Source of the DNA: Pelomyxa schiedti
Lineage: Eukaryota > Protista > Evosea
Assembly (NCBI GenBank): GCA_020536535.1
Contig: JAHLWZ010000489.1
Span: 5,139 to 69,138 of the forward strand
Direction: 5' to 3'
Length of the DNA: 64,000 bases
Position 1 is the stretch's first letter. Every line of letters starts with the position of its first letter. Position numbers and translations under genes: made by a program. Of this stretch, positions 1-13,000 are shown one piece after another. Under the pieces are notes generated by a model. It did no database searches. It was given only the letters and a program-made list of their open reading frames with translations, and was not told where the DNA came from.

Positions 1-1524
1 TCACCGCCTTGGTTCTCGTCTGGGTCACGGAGATACCCAAAGGCCATGTGTCCCACACAATCATTCCAGTTGTCAAGGAACCCCTGGTCATGGATGGGAT
101 CCCCAGTCTGCGTTGGTACCATAAGTTCTTGTTGTTGTTGTTCACTTCCACGTCCACCACGTCCGCGTCGCTTGTTCTTCTTCTTCTTGTTGGTGACAAT
201 TACATTGCGTGAGCTGAACAGTATTTGCTTTGGGTCGAGGGTTGTGGGCGTGATGGAGTTGTTGAGCCACTTGTCAAACAGGGAGGGGTCTTCCTCTATG
301 TGCGCTTCCTCCTCTTTCCAGCAGAAGTGTGGCCGAACCTGCGCGGGATGAGGATTGGGAATTTAATTGATTGGGCAGGCATTGGGGATAGGGATAGGGA
401 AAATGAAATCACCTTTCTTGTTGAAGTCCGGATGCTAGGTGATGTGAATGTGAAGCTGTTTGGTTCCTCGGCACCACTGTGGGGTTGTGGTTGTAGCCGT
501 AGAATGTTTCTCTGTACTTCGCTCAACCCAAAGGTGACCAAATGTGCAAATGAGTGCGAAACACGGCATAGACTACGTATTTCACACCTACTATCTACTG
601 AACCGACATAGGTACCCTCGTAGACAGAGGTAAACCTTGATTTCCATAAAACAAGCAAGTGGAAAGGAGGTAATATGCATGTACCTTCCATCCTTGAGCA
701 TGAATATACCGAAAGTGGCCCGCTCTTCAAAAGAAGTAAGGTAATGAGATGCGTTTAAAGCAAAAATGCAGGATACGTCTCCTCGGCAAAACCCTATTCA
801 ATACTCTAAGTTTGAGGTTTTTATTCACATGGCACACCGTGGCAAGGGCCTGTATATCCCGGAACTGGGAGTAGATCTGCGGAGGAGAGCTGCTCAATTG
901 GACCCCACCATAACTCACTCCAGTCAGGAGAGGGTTGTAATATGGTCCTTGAGTAACCTTCTCTACGGAGAGCCGTAAGATACAAAAACAACATAGAAAA
1001 GTACCTATCAGAGGAAACTGGAAAGCAATCTGTTATAGTGGACGAGTAATGAATGGCAAGATAAGGGTCTGTTTTCCCGGGGAAAAAAGTGAACCAAGAA
1101 TCCGAAGGTACAAAAGCACTGGTACCTTTGAATATGATATGGCTGTCCCACTCAACAATGGCCACTTGTTTTGCAGGAAGACTTGCACAAGCCATCAATT
1201 CTATCAGCAGTTGCACCCACCCATCCTTTCCCAGTAAAAAGTTAAAACCGAAAACGTCCCTGCCGGTCCCTCCCTATCCCATAACTCGAACTCACGTGTG
1301 GGTGCACACACCTTTGGGTCCGCATATCCGCGGCCCGTTGTGGTTGCAGTTGCGGCTCCGTCGCCGGCACTCGGCAGCCCGTTGGTCGCCATCACCATGT
1401 TGCGTGCCACTACCTGGCTTACACGACGCCACAGGCGGCACACGTGGGCACATGCCCAAACAAGTGTTTCGCTATCGCACTCCTGCACGATCTTGCCAAC
1501 AACGTGCTCGGGAAGCGTGGACAT
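1..1524 (-). CDS. F-box domain protein (multi-exon, 3' end runs off window)
   Basis: N-terminal MSTLPEHVVGKIVQECDSETLVWACAHVCRLWRRVS fits the F-box consensus (LP.E....I...L.......VCR.WR). Downstream minus-strand ORF pieces (821-1216, 296-730) continue towards the window start. Confidence 0.7.
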
Positions 1525-1650
1525 GTTTTGTTTGTTTCGCGCGTGCCTTTCCACCAACCAAAAGGTGCGGAATTGATGGCGAAGAGTTGTTCGGGGAATG
1601 GAAAATCATTGAATGTGAAATGGGGGGTGATTGGGCTTGTTTTGTTTGGC

Positions 1651-2712
1651 TCAGCTTTTGGTGGGTAGTAGCTTGGAGATCATTCTGAGTTCGATGTCAG
1701 AGAGATCCCACGAGTGTGCGACCAGCTCGATGTTCTCCTTCTCGGCAGTGAATGACTTTGCCATGTCCTGCCTGGCCATTGCTGGGCCGCCAGGCTGCGG
1801 TGGCACCCCAGGGACCAGCGCCACGTTGCCTGGGAACCGCGTGGATGGTGACTGTGGCTGCGGTGCAGCGCCGGCAGTTGGTGATGTTGTTGGCATGGAG
1901 CCCGACGTGGAGGAGGGTGCTGTGGTTGGTGCTGGTGCTGGTGCGCCCATTGCCATGGGCGGCGGTGCCTCGGACCCCAGCACGAGGGATGTGATGCCGC
2001 GAAGCCCGAACAGGGTTAGGAAGTACCATGAGTGAGAGCTGACGTAGGAAACATCCAGGGAAGCTAGTTCTATCCCCCTTTGGAGCATCACCTTGAATCT
2101 GTGTTTGTTCGTGAGTGTTGCAATGTATGTTGGAGTTTTGGAGGGAAGGGACCTCTGGGTGAGTGGGAAAGGGAGCTTCAAAACTAGAAATCCACTGAAG
2201 AAAAAGGAGACCCAAGACATAAGCAGCAGCTGCGGAACCATCATTGTCACGTTATTCTTCATCATATCCATCATCGAGTTTTGATCAAGCATTGCCGGCA
2301 TTCCGGGAAGAGAAGGTATGGACGGCGTGCTATTAGTGTTCTTGGCGCTATTTTCTGCAGCAATTACAGCGGGCTGAGCCAGTATACCGCCGTTGGAGGA
2401 GCAAAAATAGGCCTTACGCTGCCGGAAAGCACTCAGAGGCAAAAAGCAGCTCCTGGTGTGCAGTTTGTTTGCTCTCATGAGAGTGTGTCCCTGTGTTTAT
2501 GTTAAATACCCCATTAAAGTCAATGGTATGTATTAAGACATCATCGGTACTTGGTATAGCAGCACCGGGGTGGCCGGTCTCGGTTTTGACGCCGTCAACC
2601 GGAAGATGAAGTGTTTGAGTATGGTCGTAATGAACACGACAGCAGCAATGGATACAAGCACCCAGTTGCGGATGCTACTGTCCAACACCAATGCTCCCCC
2701 GTCACCCCACAT
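1651..2712 (-). CDS. EMC3: ER membrane protein complex subunit 3
   Basis: LVLDSSIRNWVL, F..RKAYF, MDMMKNN...WVSFFFSGF...KLPFPLT-RFKVMLQRGI...LDVSYVSS.SWYFL.LFGLRG are EMC3/TMEM111 signatures; two short introns. Confidence 0.93.
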
Positions 2713-2900
2713 CACTGTGAATACCTCAGATTAATTACCGGAAGTGATCTTCGCCCAGCTCTCAATTGGCACTTTGACAAAGTCTACAATGAAGTGAAAC
2801 CCCTGCGCGCATGCCAAACATACGGGTGCGATGGTTTTGATGATACCACCATAGGAATCTCAAAACGTTAAAAAAAACAAAAAAAAAGCAACAGGCAAAG

Positions 2901-4362
2901 ATGTCGACCGAAGACGCACGTCGCCGTTGGGAGATGGAGAACAACATACAGACTATATCTACTGCTACTCCGGCGGTGGTGTCTGTCGCAAATCCGGCGG
3001 TGGCTACATCTGATGCACCCGACGATGGTATATACAAGTACGACAACGCTGCTGTTACTGCCCAGATCAACGCTAAGCCTTGGGCTCGCGAGTAAGTGTG
3101 CTACTGCAGAGTGTTTATTTTTTTTTAACCATTTTGTACGAATCATGTTAGCCCCCACTACTTTAAACAAGTCAAGATGAGCGCAATTGCTCTTCTGAAG
3201 ATGGTTATGCACGCTCGTGCCGGAGGAACTATTGAAGTGATGGGTCTCATGTTGGGAAAAGTACAAGGAAATACCATGATTGTTATGGTACCGCTTCGTT
3301 GTGCCGTACCCAACTTAACTGTGGCAGGACTCTTTTGCCCTCCCTGTTGAAGGAACAGAGACCAGAGTCAATGCCGGTTTCGCAGCCAATGAGTATATGG
3401 TTGACTACATCAATGTCATTCACCAAGTATGATTCATAAGCATTAAACATGAATCACCTCACTCTTACCAGGTTGGCCGCATGGAGAACGCCATTGGGTG
3501 GTACCACAGTCACCCTGGATATGGTTGTTGGCTCTCAGGCATTGATGTTTCCACACAACTCACTTATCAGCAATACCAGGAACCATGGCTTGCTGTTGTG
3601 GTGCGTTTCACTTAACCGACTGTTCGTAATCTGACTCTTGGCAGGTTGACCCAACAAGGACGATATCTGCAGGGAAGGTGGAAATAGGAGCATTCCGAAC
3701 ATACCCTTCAGATTACAAAGCCCCGGATGAGGGTCCAAGCCAGTACCAGTCTATCCCCCTTGCCAAAATTGAAGACTTCGGTGTTCATTGCAAAGCGTAT
3801 GCGAAAGCCGAAATGGTTTTATGTAATTAACTATTCCTAAGATACTACCCTGTTCCTATTCAGTACTTCAAGTCATCTCTGGATTCTCATTTGCTGGATC
3901 TATTGTGGCACAAGTACTGGGTCAGCACACTGTCCTCATCTTCCATTCTCACGGTAAGAATTGATTCATTATTTGTTCTCTGTCCTGACTCTACACAGAA
4001 TGCCACCTACATCTCTGGGCAACTCGCCGACTTGGCCGATAAACTTGAGCAAGCCGAAATACAAATTAACCAAGGTCGCCATCACCCAATGCTCCATGGG
4101 CCAACTGCAGCATCAATGCCCGGTGCGGACACCAAGACCAAGAAGGAAGACTCTCAGCTCGGGAAGCTCACAAAAGACTGGTACGGTGCTCCCCTCCTAG
4201 CAAGTCTAACCCAGTACCAGTGCCAAGACCGCCATAGAGCACGTGAACGGCATAATGTCACAAATCATGAAGGACATGCTGTTCAACCCCACCACAGCCA
4301 TATCGACCACAACAACTGCCTCCACAACAACCGCCTCCAGCGCCGCCATACAAAGGCTGTAA
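2901..4362 (+). CDS. CSN5: COP9 signalosome subunit 5 (JAMM deneddylase)
   Basis: Spliced product contains [84 protein letters not shown]; seven ~40-60 nt GT-AG introns. Confidence 0.97.
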
Positions 4363-5258
4363 GTTCTCATAGGACCAACCCACTGAGGTTACCCAACAAG
4401 AAATCAAATTTTCACTATTTCTTTTTTCTTTGTCCCACCAATTTGATTGTAAATCCTGCACTGAGGCGTTTGTGGCGTAGTGGGACGCACTGCTTCTAAT
4501 GTTGTAGGGATACTAGGAGATCTAGAATTTAGATTTTTCTAAATTCGATCTGTTCCGAGTGGATCAACTGCGCAAGGTATTACACGGTATTACAATCTCC
4601 CCAAAGGGGAAAACAAGGGTATTACCAGGTATTACACTGTGCCGGTGCTTATAAACGTTACTTTGATTAACAAAATACTAAAAAACCGCTAATGAGTCTT
4701 AAGGATGTACTGGGGTTGTTGTTCAGAAGGACAAATAAGACCAGGGAAGTGGCGTGGGAAGCAGAGCTGCCAATACCTCTCTGGATATATATTCCAAATA
4801 CTGAGAGGCACTATGGTGCTGTTGAAATGTCACCACACCGTCTCAGATTGCCACACCAATCTAGGGAACCAGGACAAAAGGAAACTATCAACACAGTGTG
4901 GAAAAGCAAAGACAAGCTGACGCTTGGTTCTGGGTCTTGCCCATATACTGAGTGTGTCGAACTCGCTGCAAATTGCCACTTGAGAAAAGGTTGAATGGTC
5001 TTGCGCTGAATGTATTGAATCACTAACAATTTGCATGATAGACCCCAGTGGTGAGAAATTCTACTTAGTGAACGAAACCAAGCACAACTACCCTCCATAT
5101 CGCCTGAGGCTGGTGTATCTTGTGGAAGGAAAATTACAGCTGTCTGACATCATCCTAATCACAAGTCACTAACTCTGTCCACATCAGTATCAAGTCTTTA
5201 ATAGACATTTCAAAATACCCATCCCTCCCTTTTTTTTAGTTGTACCTCACTAAATACA

Positions 5259-6236
5259 TCACAATCCACGGGGGAGAGTTGGTTCCATCACAAACTTGAA
5301 GGAGCAGTCCTGGCAGCACATGTTCACAGCTGGATACAATGGTTGTGATGTGTCCACGTGGTCGAAGCTCACAAGTAGTTTCATGTTCCTGAACACATCA
5401 ACGTGGCCCCACTGCTTGTTTGCAGCCTCAAACGTCAGCAGGAACGAGAACTGGTCTGTTTCCCTCACTGGTGCGGCGTCTGTGACTCCCTTAGAGATGA
5501 CTCCATGTAATCTGGTCTCTACCCGTGCACTAAAGAATGCCAAGCCAAATGACTTGACCCCACGATAACACAGAGTGGAACAGTTGATTGGGTAGTAGTC
5601 ACCACCTCCACTCGTCTCAGAATCGAGTTCAATTCCAATGAGTGATGTGCTGGCTCCAAGTCCGACCTGTGTGCTCCAACATTAGGAAGAAAATCGAAAT
5701 TTTAAGAAAGTTTGAGGTTCGAGAGAAGGAGTAGCTATTAATACAAACCTGGCACCCACCCCTGAATTTGGCCACGTCAAAGGCCCAGTACACTTTCTTG
5801 TTGGTGCGTGATATTTCCTGAAGGGATGGTTCCAGCCATGCTATTCTCCCTCCAACAGTACTCCCACACCCGCCTTTAAGTGAATAAGTCCACTGTGGTG
5901 TGTCATCGGTCACTGTGATTCCCTTCCCTATTATCTGCCACGTTCCTCTCCAATACACTGATATGTCCCCTGAAGACAAGTATAGAAAAGTCAGAAGTAT
6001 AAAATGCAAAGAGCAAGCCACACACCGAGCAGGAATTCTAAGATGATTCTTGCCACAGACAAAGGCACAGCGAGTGTGCAGGTTGGTGACGACGACATCA
6101 TCATCATGACACTGTGTGCACCAGCCCTCTCGTGCCACCCTGCCAAAAACGCAACTGACTGTCGTTGCTTGAATGAGTACTTGGGGGTAGTGGTGGATGT
6201 GATGGGGTTCATTGGTCGTTGGTGTTCCTCAGTCAT
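5259..6236 (-). CDS. Hypothetical protein with SPRY/B30.2-like C-terminal domain
   Basis: Three exons join in frame via GT-AG introns. VYWAFDV..CQVGLG ... SFGL ... QPLYPAVNM resembles SPRY motifs. Confidence 0.55.
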
Positions 6237-6465
6237 TGCCTCGCTTTACCCGTGACTCACACGTGTTTTTCTGGTTTTTCCTAGAACCCAAGAATCAATC
6301 AGTGGGATTCGCATCACGCAAGGCATTGCTCATCATTGTGTGTCGCGGTTCGCTACTTCTCTTGATGTATGAGCCTCCTGCACTGGGCAGTTTCGTTTGA
6401 TCAATCGTCGTCATCTTCTTCGGCGAATCCATCGACGATTACTTAAGGTAAGATACATCAACTGG

Positions 6466-7197
6466 ATGGAGGCTCTCGGGCGTGTTGCGGTGGTGATGGC
6501 GATTGTTGGTCTGGTTGGCACAGCGATTATGGGATGTGATGGGGCCACGGCCAACTGCACGAGCGACAGGGCGATGACGGTGTCCATTACTAGTGACAAG
6601 GACAACCAATTCTCGCTGGTGGCCATGGGATACCCATGGGTCCCATCGGATGTGTCCCACGGCACACTCTACGGCACTCCCCCGGTATGTGTGTTACCCC
6701 CCCCGGGTTTTGTTTTGTTTTGTTTTGTTTTGTTTTGTTTTGTTTTGTTTTGTTTTGTTTTGTTTTGTTTTGTTTTGTTTTGTTTTGTTTTGTTTTGTTT
6801 TGTTTTGTTTTGTTTTGTTTTGTTTTGAAGCTGACTGTGGATAGACATTCAAAATTTTTGCTATGAATGACAACTGCGGCCTGGGGCAGGATTGCTATGA
6901 CACTTTCGCGTTCACTATGACCTACAGTGACACGTGAGTTACTCCCTCTTGTTTTATTGCTGGGATATAGAATGACATACATGGCCAGGTACTACGCAAT
7001 AGCCCTAACAGGGACTGACAAATCCGGGGATGAGAGCTGGACTTGTGATCAATCAACCTCCACGTGTGTATTGCTCTTCCCCTTCTATGTATATCAAGCA
7101 ATTCCTAAAACCACACAGGGGATACTGTGGACCAAAGACAATGCAGTGCAAGTGGTCCTCATCTGATCACATCTATTTCGACCTCAATCTATGCTAG
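6466..7197 (+). CDS. Small secreted Cys-containing protein
   Basis: Signal-peptide-like MEALGRVAVVMAIVGLVGTAIMGC; four exons join in frame with GT-AG introns, ending HIYFDLNLC-stop. Confidence 0.6.
6707..6826. repeat. (GTTTT)24 pentanucleotide microsatellite inside an intron
   Basis: Perfect tandem GTTTT run of 120 nt. Confidence 0.97.
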
Positions 7198-7203
7198 AGA
7201 TAA

Positions 7204-8059
<856 letters not shown>

Positions 8060-8188
8060 GTTGAGTGATGACACCGGCACTTTCACACCTCACAGACTTC
8101 ATTTTGTATGGATAATAAGTAACACGCATCTCTTTTGTTGATTATGCAATGTGCGCTTCATTTCACAAGTAATTCCATAAAACGGAAG

Positions 8189-9619
8189 TCAGTGTCGGTA
8201 GTTGAGGTTGCAGTCCCTTTTTGTTCTCAGTTTCTGCTTTCTGATATAGGGTATCCACTTTTGCATCTTTTTGGGAAGTTAGTACACAAACAAAAAACTA
8301 GCACAAATACTTGTTCTGTATCCAGCAAAGTTTCCACTGTGTTGTAGCTCTGTGCTAGCGTTTTGTTGTCCCAAAAATTGTGCACTGCGTTGTGACATGG
8401 TCTGCATATCTGAGAGGATTGGAATAAGATACATAACGATCGGTGGTCTCATTTAAAACGAGGGAGGCTGGCGGTGGAGTGTCATAAGAATAAGAGTGTG
8501 CGTACCATGATTCCTTGATTCAGAACTTTTTTCTTCCAACCCTTCTTTACATACCTCTCGTGAACCTGACGCGGAATTACGTGGTGCTTTGTGAGTGGCA
8601 TTTCTCTTTCGCATAGTTCACATTCACCCTCCCCAAGTATCTCCCCTTCTTCCTCATCCTCGTCATCATCGTCGTCATCGTCACCATCGCTGTCAGTATC
8701 ATTTTCACTTCCTTCATCATCACTGGAATCGCTCTTTTTCGGCTTTTTGTTTGTATTGTTAGTGCGGGAACATAAATTTGTTTGAATATGGAAAAAGGAA
8801 TAAAATGGGTGCATACAATAGGCGGGACATATCCAGGAATCATTCCACACTAACGCCGTTAGCTATACGGGAACAGGTATTGTACGGCAAGATAAGTTAC
8901 CTTCTGTAGTTCTAGAAACAATTTGTCACATAATTGCGTTATCTCGTCGCGGCTCAATTCACTAATAAAACCAAGTAAGTGCCAAGTGATTCGATTCCAA
9001 TCCAACAAATAGGCATCCCAACCCAGCCGACCAACCTTTCGAGCCACTCGCCGACGAGCCTCACCACGTCCGCGGATGTGGCCAGCGAGGCCAGCGGCGC
9101 CTCGTGCAGCACCTCCCCCATGTACGACACCACGTACTCGTTGGCCCCCGGCACCGACGCGATCACGCTCGCCGCCACCACCTCCTCCACCGCCTCCAGG
9201 CTCACGCCCCCCTCCCCCTCCCCGTCCCCGTCCTTCCCCTCCTCTGCGTCGTCGCTGTCTGGCGTGCTCGCTGGCTTGCGTGCCGGTGGGGCTTTGTTCT
9301 TTGCTGGGGTGGGCGACGTGGTGTGTGCCTTGGTGGTGGTGGTGGACGTTGGCTTCCTTGTCTTCTTGGCGGTGCTGCCGAGAACAAGGACAACGGGGGG
9401 CGCCGGGCCACTGCTGCCACCACGACCACGAGCCCCTCCAGTGGTGGTGCTGCTCGCTGTTGCCGTTGTTGTTGCCTTTGCTGTGGTGGTGGTGCCGCCC
9501 CTCTTTGGTGGTGTTGTTGTTGTTGGCGACGGCGGGGGCCCTGGCTTGTTGCGAGTACCGACGGCGGATGTAGCCGCGGTTGTGGTACCGCCTCGGCTGC
9601 GTCCCCCTCTGCTTGACAT
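8189..9619 (-). CDS. Protein with C-terminal Zn-binding HNH endonuclease-like domain
   Basis: Low-complexity N-terminus, helical domain and acidic tract, then CELCEREMPLTKHHVIP...ICRPCHNAVH...TLA..YNTVE.L (CxxC-HH-CxxCH HNH motif). Confidence 0.75.
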
Positions 9620-9654
9620 CAAACTCGGTTTTCTAAGAAAAGACCATGTTCAAC

Positions 9655-9782
9655 AAAAAACGAGTCTCGTGCTCTGGAATGCTATTCGATCAGGCTCGGG
9701 GGGAAGTACCCAGACGTAGCCCAGGCAGCGCCCGACCACACGAATCCCATCCACTAGCACAAGTTTCGCTGCCCTGGTGGGC
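9655..9782 (-). ncRNA. Novel structured small ncRNA, family member A (~128 nt)
   Basis: ACCCATAA 61 nt upstream; 5' hairpin GCCC-ACCA-GGGC; closing helix GCGA/UCGU; inner helices CUUGUGCU/AGCACGAG, AUUCG/CGAAU, GGUCGGGC/GCCUGAUC; ends in U6. Confidence 0.75.
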
Positions 9783-9836
9783 AAAACTCCGACCTGCACT
9801 GGCCATAAGTTAGTCCTCCAGTTTCCTCAAACACCC

Positions 9837-9844
9837 TTATGGGT
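9837..9844 (-). promoter_or_regulatory. DUSE-like upstream element ACCCATAA for ncRNA A
   Basis: Same motif and spacing (-61) as upstream of U2. Confidence 0.7.
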
Positions 9845-10033
9845 GGCAGCTCTATGCCTGGACAGATGAAATGGATACTCCTTTACCATGCATTTAGTGG
9901 TAGGAATCATTTCTCCCTCTTCTTTTAGGTTTATAAATATGGGGTATGTTACAATGAAAGTGGGGCCGGTTGTTGTGTTGTTGGGTTGATGTAACCAGAA
10001 CTTTCCGTGGGCTATACATACAAACTGCAGGAA

Positions 10034-13000
10034 TCAAGGGTCACCCGGGGATGGTGGAGTATCAGGAGGGGAACAGTCCTCAACGCGGCAGTGCCGCATC
10101 CTCTTGTTTTGCATCCACTTGCAGCCAAACACTCCGGCAGCTATGGCACCACCGCCGGCACAAAGTCCGGCGATCGAAACAAGTGCCCACGCCCACGCAA
10201 GGTTCTTGTTGTGGTGATTGGGTTTCCCGGATGATGACGACGGTTCGGGAAGTGACTCGACGGGGGAGGACGAGGCCAATTCGCCGGAAGAATCTGCGGG
10301 GGATTCTGATTCTGATGTTGAGTGCGAATGTGAATGTGAATGCGATGTTGAATGAGAGTGACTGGCCGAAGTGGAATCGGAATGTGAGGGGACTTGGGAG
10401 TGGGGGTGGGATGTGGATCCAGAATCAGAACCGGATCGAGAACCGGAACCGGATTTGGAGACGGATGTGGATACAGATTCTGACAGTGAGGCTGAATGAG
10501 AAGATTGTGAGTAGGAAGACTCGGATACGGATGAAGAAGACTGGGAAGAGGAGGAAAATGACTCAGACGAAGAAGACTGTGACGATGATGACAGGGACTC
10601 AGACGAGGATGATTGCGAGGAAGATTCGGATTCTGATAGTGAGACAGAGTCGGAATGCGATGACGACAAAGAGAGCGAATTTGAGGATGAAGACTGGACT
10701 GAGGAAGATTGTGAGGAAGATAATTGAGAGGAGGACGACTGTGAAGATGACTGCGACGATGAAGATGACAGTGATAAGGAAGCAGATGATGATGACTGCG
10801 ATGAAGATGACTGCGACGAAGATGAGTGCGACAAAGATGACGAAAAGGACTCAGACGATGAAGCGGAATGAGATGATTCAGACGATGATGATACTGAAGA
10901 AGATGATGACAACGAAGATGATAAAGAAGAAGAAGACTGGGACTGTGATGAGGAGATTACACAGCACTCTTGATTTCCACCAAGGTTATCAAGGCCTTCG
11001 GGACATAGTGTGCACCCACGGGTTTCGTTCGTTGCATCACCACCATAGCCCCGTAAGCACCAGCAGAAGGAGGAATTAGTTGTGGAAGTAGAATGTAGAG
11101 GACAGGGCACGCAACTTCCTACACCACCAAGTGAATATGTTCCAGGTTGACAGAGCAAACAGTAATTTCCACTTTTCCCACTTCCCGGTAAACACATGCA
11201 TCCTGTTGCAGCTCTGTTTATCGTCGTAGTATTGCCCGGGCAAGTAGTACAATTGTTGTTACTTGTTTCTGATTTGTAAGTGCCCTCCAAGCAAGGGTTG
11301 CAGCTTGGTCCACCATAGCCTGGGTTGCACAAGCACATAGTGTGATTCGATGTAGTGGAAGAGTTGGATGGGCATGAGCCACAGAGCGCGTTAGCGGTAG
11401 TCTGTTTGTATTTATTATTTTGGCATAGGGTACACTGGGACAGTTCAGCTGAACCCTCATATCCTGGGAGGCATAAACAAGAGCTTTTAGACACCTTCCC
11501 AGTTCCAAGGGTAGTCGAATTTGGTACACATGGCGTACATGCAGAATTGGACGTGTTATTTTTGAAGGTTCCTGTGGCACAAGGAGTGCACACTCCAGTA
11601 TTCAATGAAAAGCCTTCAAGACATAAGCACTGTGAGGAGAGAATAGAGGCTACGGCTAGGGTGGTGGAGTTTCCTATGCAAGGAGTGCAAACTGCGTTTG
11701 AAGTATCGGATTTATAAGTTGCAGTCGCGCAAGGAGAACAGCCCAGTATAGAATCAAAGTTGGTATACCCAGGTAGACAATAAAACTGGCTTAAAGAGGT
11801 GGCTCCCAGCGCAGTGGTATTTGTGTGAGGCGGGCCTGTTATGCAAGGAGAATTGCCTTGGCTCGCCTTGTAAGTGCCATAGGGGCAGAGGGTACAACTG
11901 CCAGAAGTATCGTTTGCATATCCACCATATCCTGCTTTGCATACACAGTCCTGGATGGTAATAGAGGTGTTTTTATTGTTGGTGGAGGAGGCAGTGCAGT
12001 GAGTGCAAGCAATGTTGGCGTCTGTTCCTTTGTACTGATCTAAAGGGCAGGCTGTGCAAACTCCGGTTGAGGCATCTCCTCCATATCCCTTGGAGCAAAT
12101 ACAAGCGGACCGTGCTTTCTGACCAGTCAGACCGAGAGTTGTTGAGGATGTAGTACAGCTGGTGCATGACCCTGTATTCAGCCATGTATCCTTGTAAGTG
12201 TTCACAGGGCAAGCTGTGCAGCTGCCTGTACTAGCATCTCCATAATTTCCTTTATCACATTTACAATCACTTCTGGTGGACGAGCCTAGTTTTTGATTTG
12301 AGGAGTTTGTTGGACATAAAATACAGTTCCCGTTAGAAGTTGCGATCTTGTAGTAGTTTGTTTGGCAGATGGAACAGCCAAGGGAACTAGAGGCATTTCC
12401 ACTGAAACCAGGCAGGCACTTGCAGTATGAGATGCTGTCCGCACCGAGTACTGTGTCGGTCGTGGAATTCCCTGTGCAAGACGTGCAACTATTTGCGTTG
12501 CCTAGTGCACTCTTCCAGGTATTAAGTGGACATTGCTGACAAGGTCCACCTGTTTCTGCATGGCCATAATACCCAGGAAGGCAGCTGCAAGATGTTATTG
12601 CAGTACTTCCAGTGGACGAAGTGGTTGACTTAGAGCAGCACGCCGTGCAATTCACGTCATTTCCCCAGGAGTTTTTATAAGTACCTAGTCCGCAGGCTGT
12701 ACAAAGTGCTCCAGACGCGAGCCCAGCATTTCCCCAAAATCCAGGTTTGCACAAGCATTTAGTTTTCGCATCAGATGCAGTAGCACTATTGGTGCCACTA
12801 TTAGATATACAACCAGTACAATCTGTATTTCCTCTGGCATCCTTGTAGTAGTCTGCAGAGCACGCAGAACAGGCTCCTGTAATGTACCCATAGCCTTTTA
12901 TGCAAGCACAATCAGATACTGAAGTTGCAATCTGAATTACTGTAGTTGCTTGTGAAACACATGCTGTGCAAGGAGTATTTGCTGTAGCTGACTTCCAGTA

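Noticed and set aside
6590-6982. ORFs with FCFVL / KTKQN repeats
   Set aside because: Translations of the intronic (GTTTT)n microsatellite.
9970-11079. 369-aa + strand ORF
   Set aside because: Antisense shadow of the Ser-rich stalk of the surface protein.
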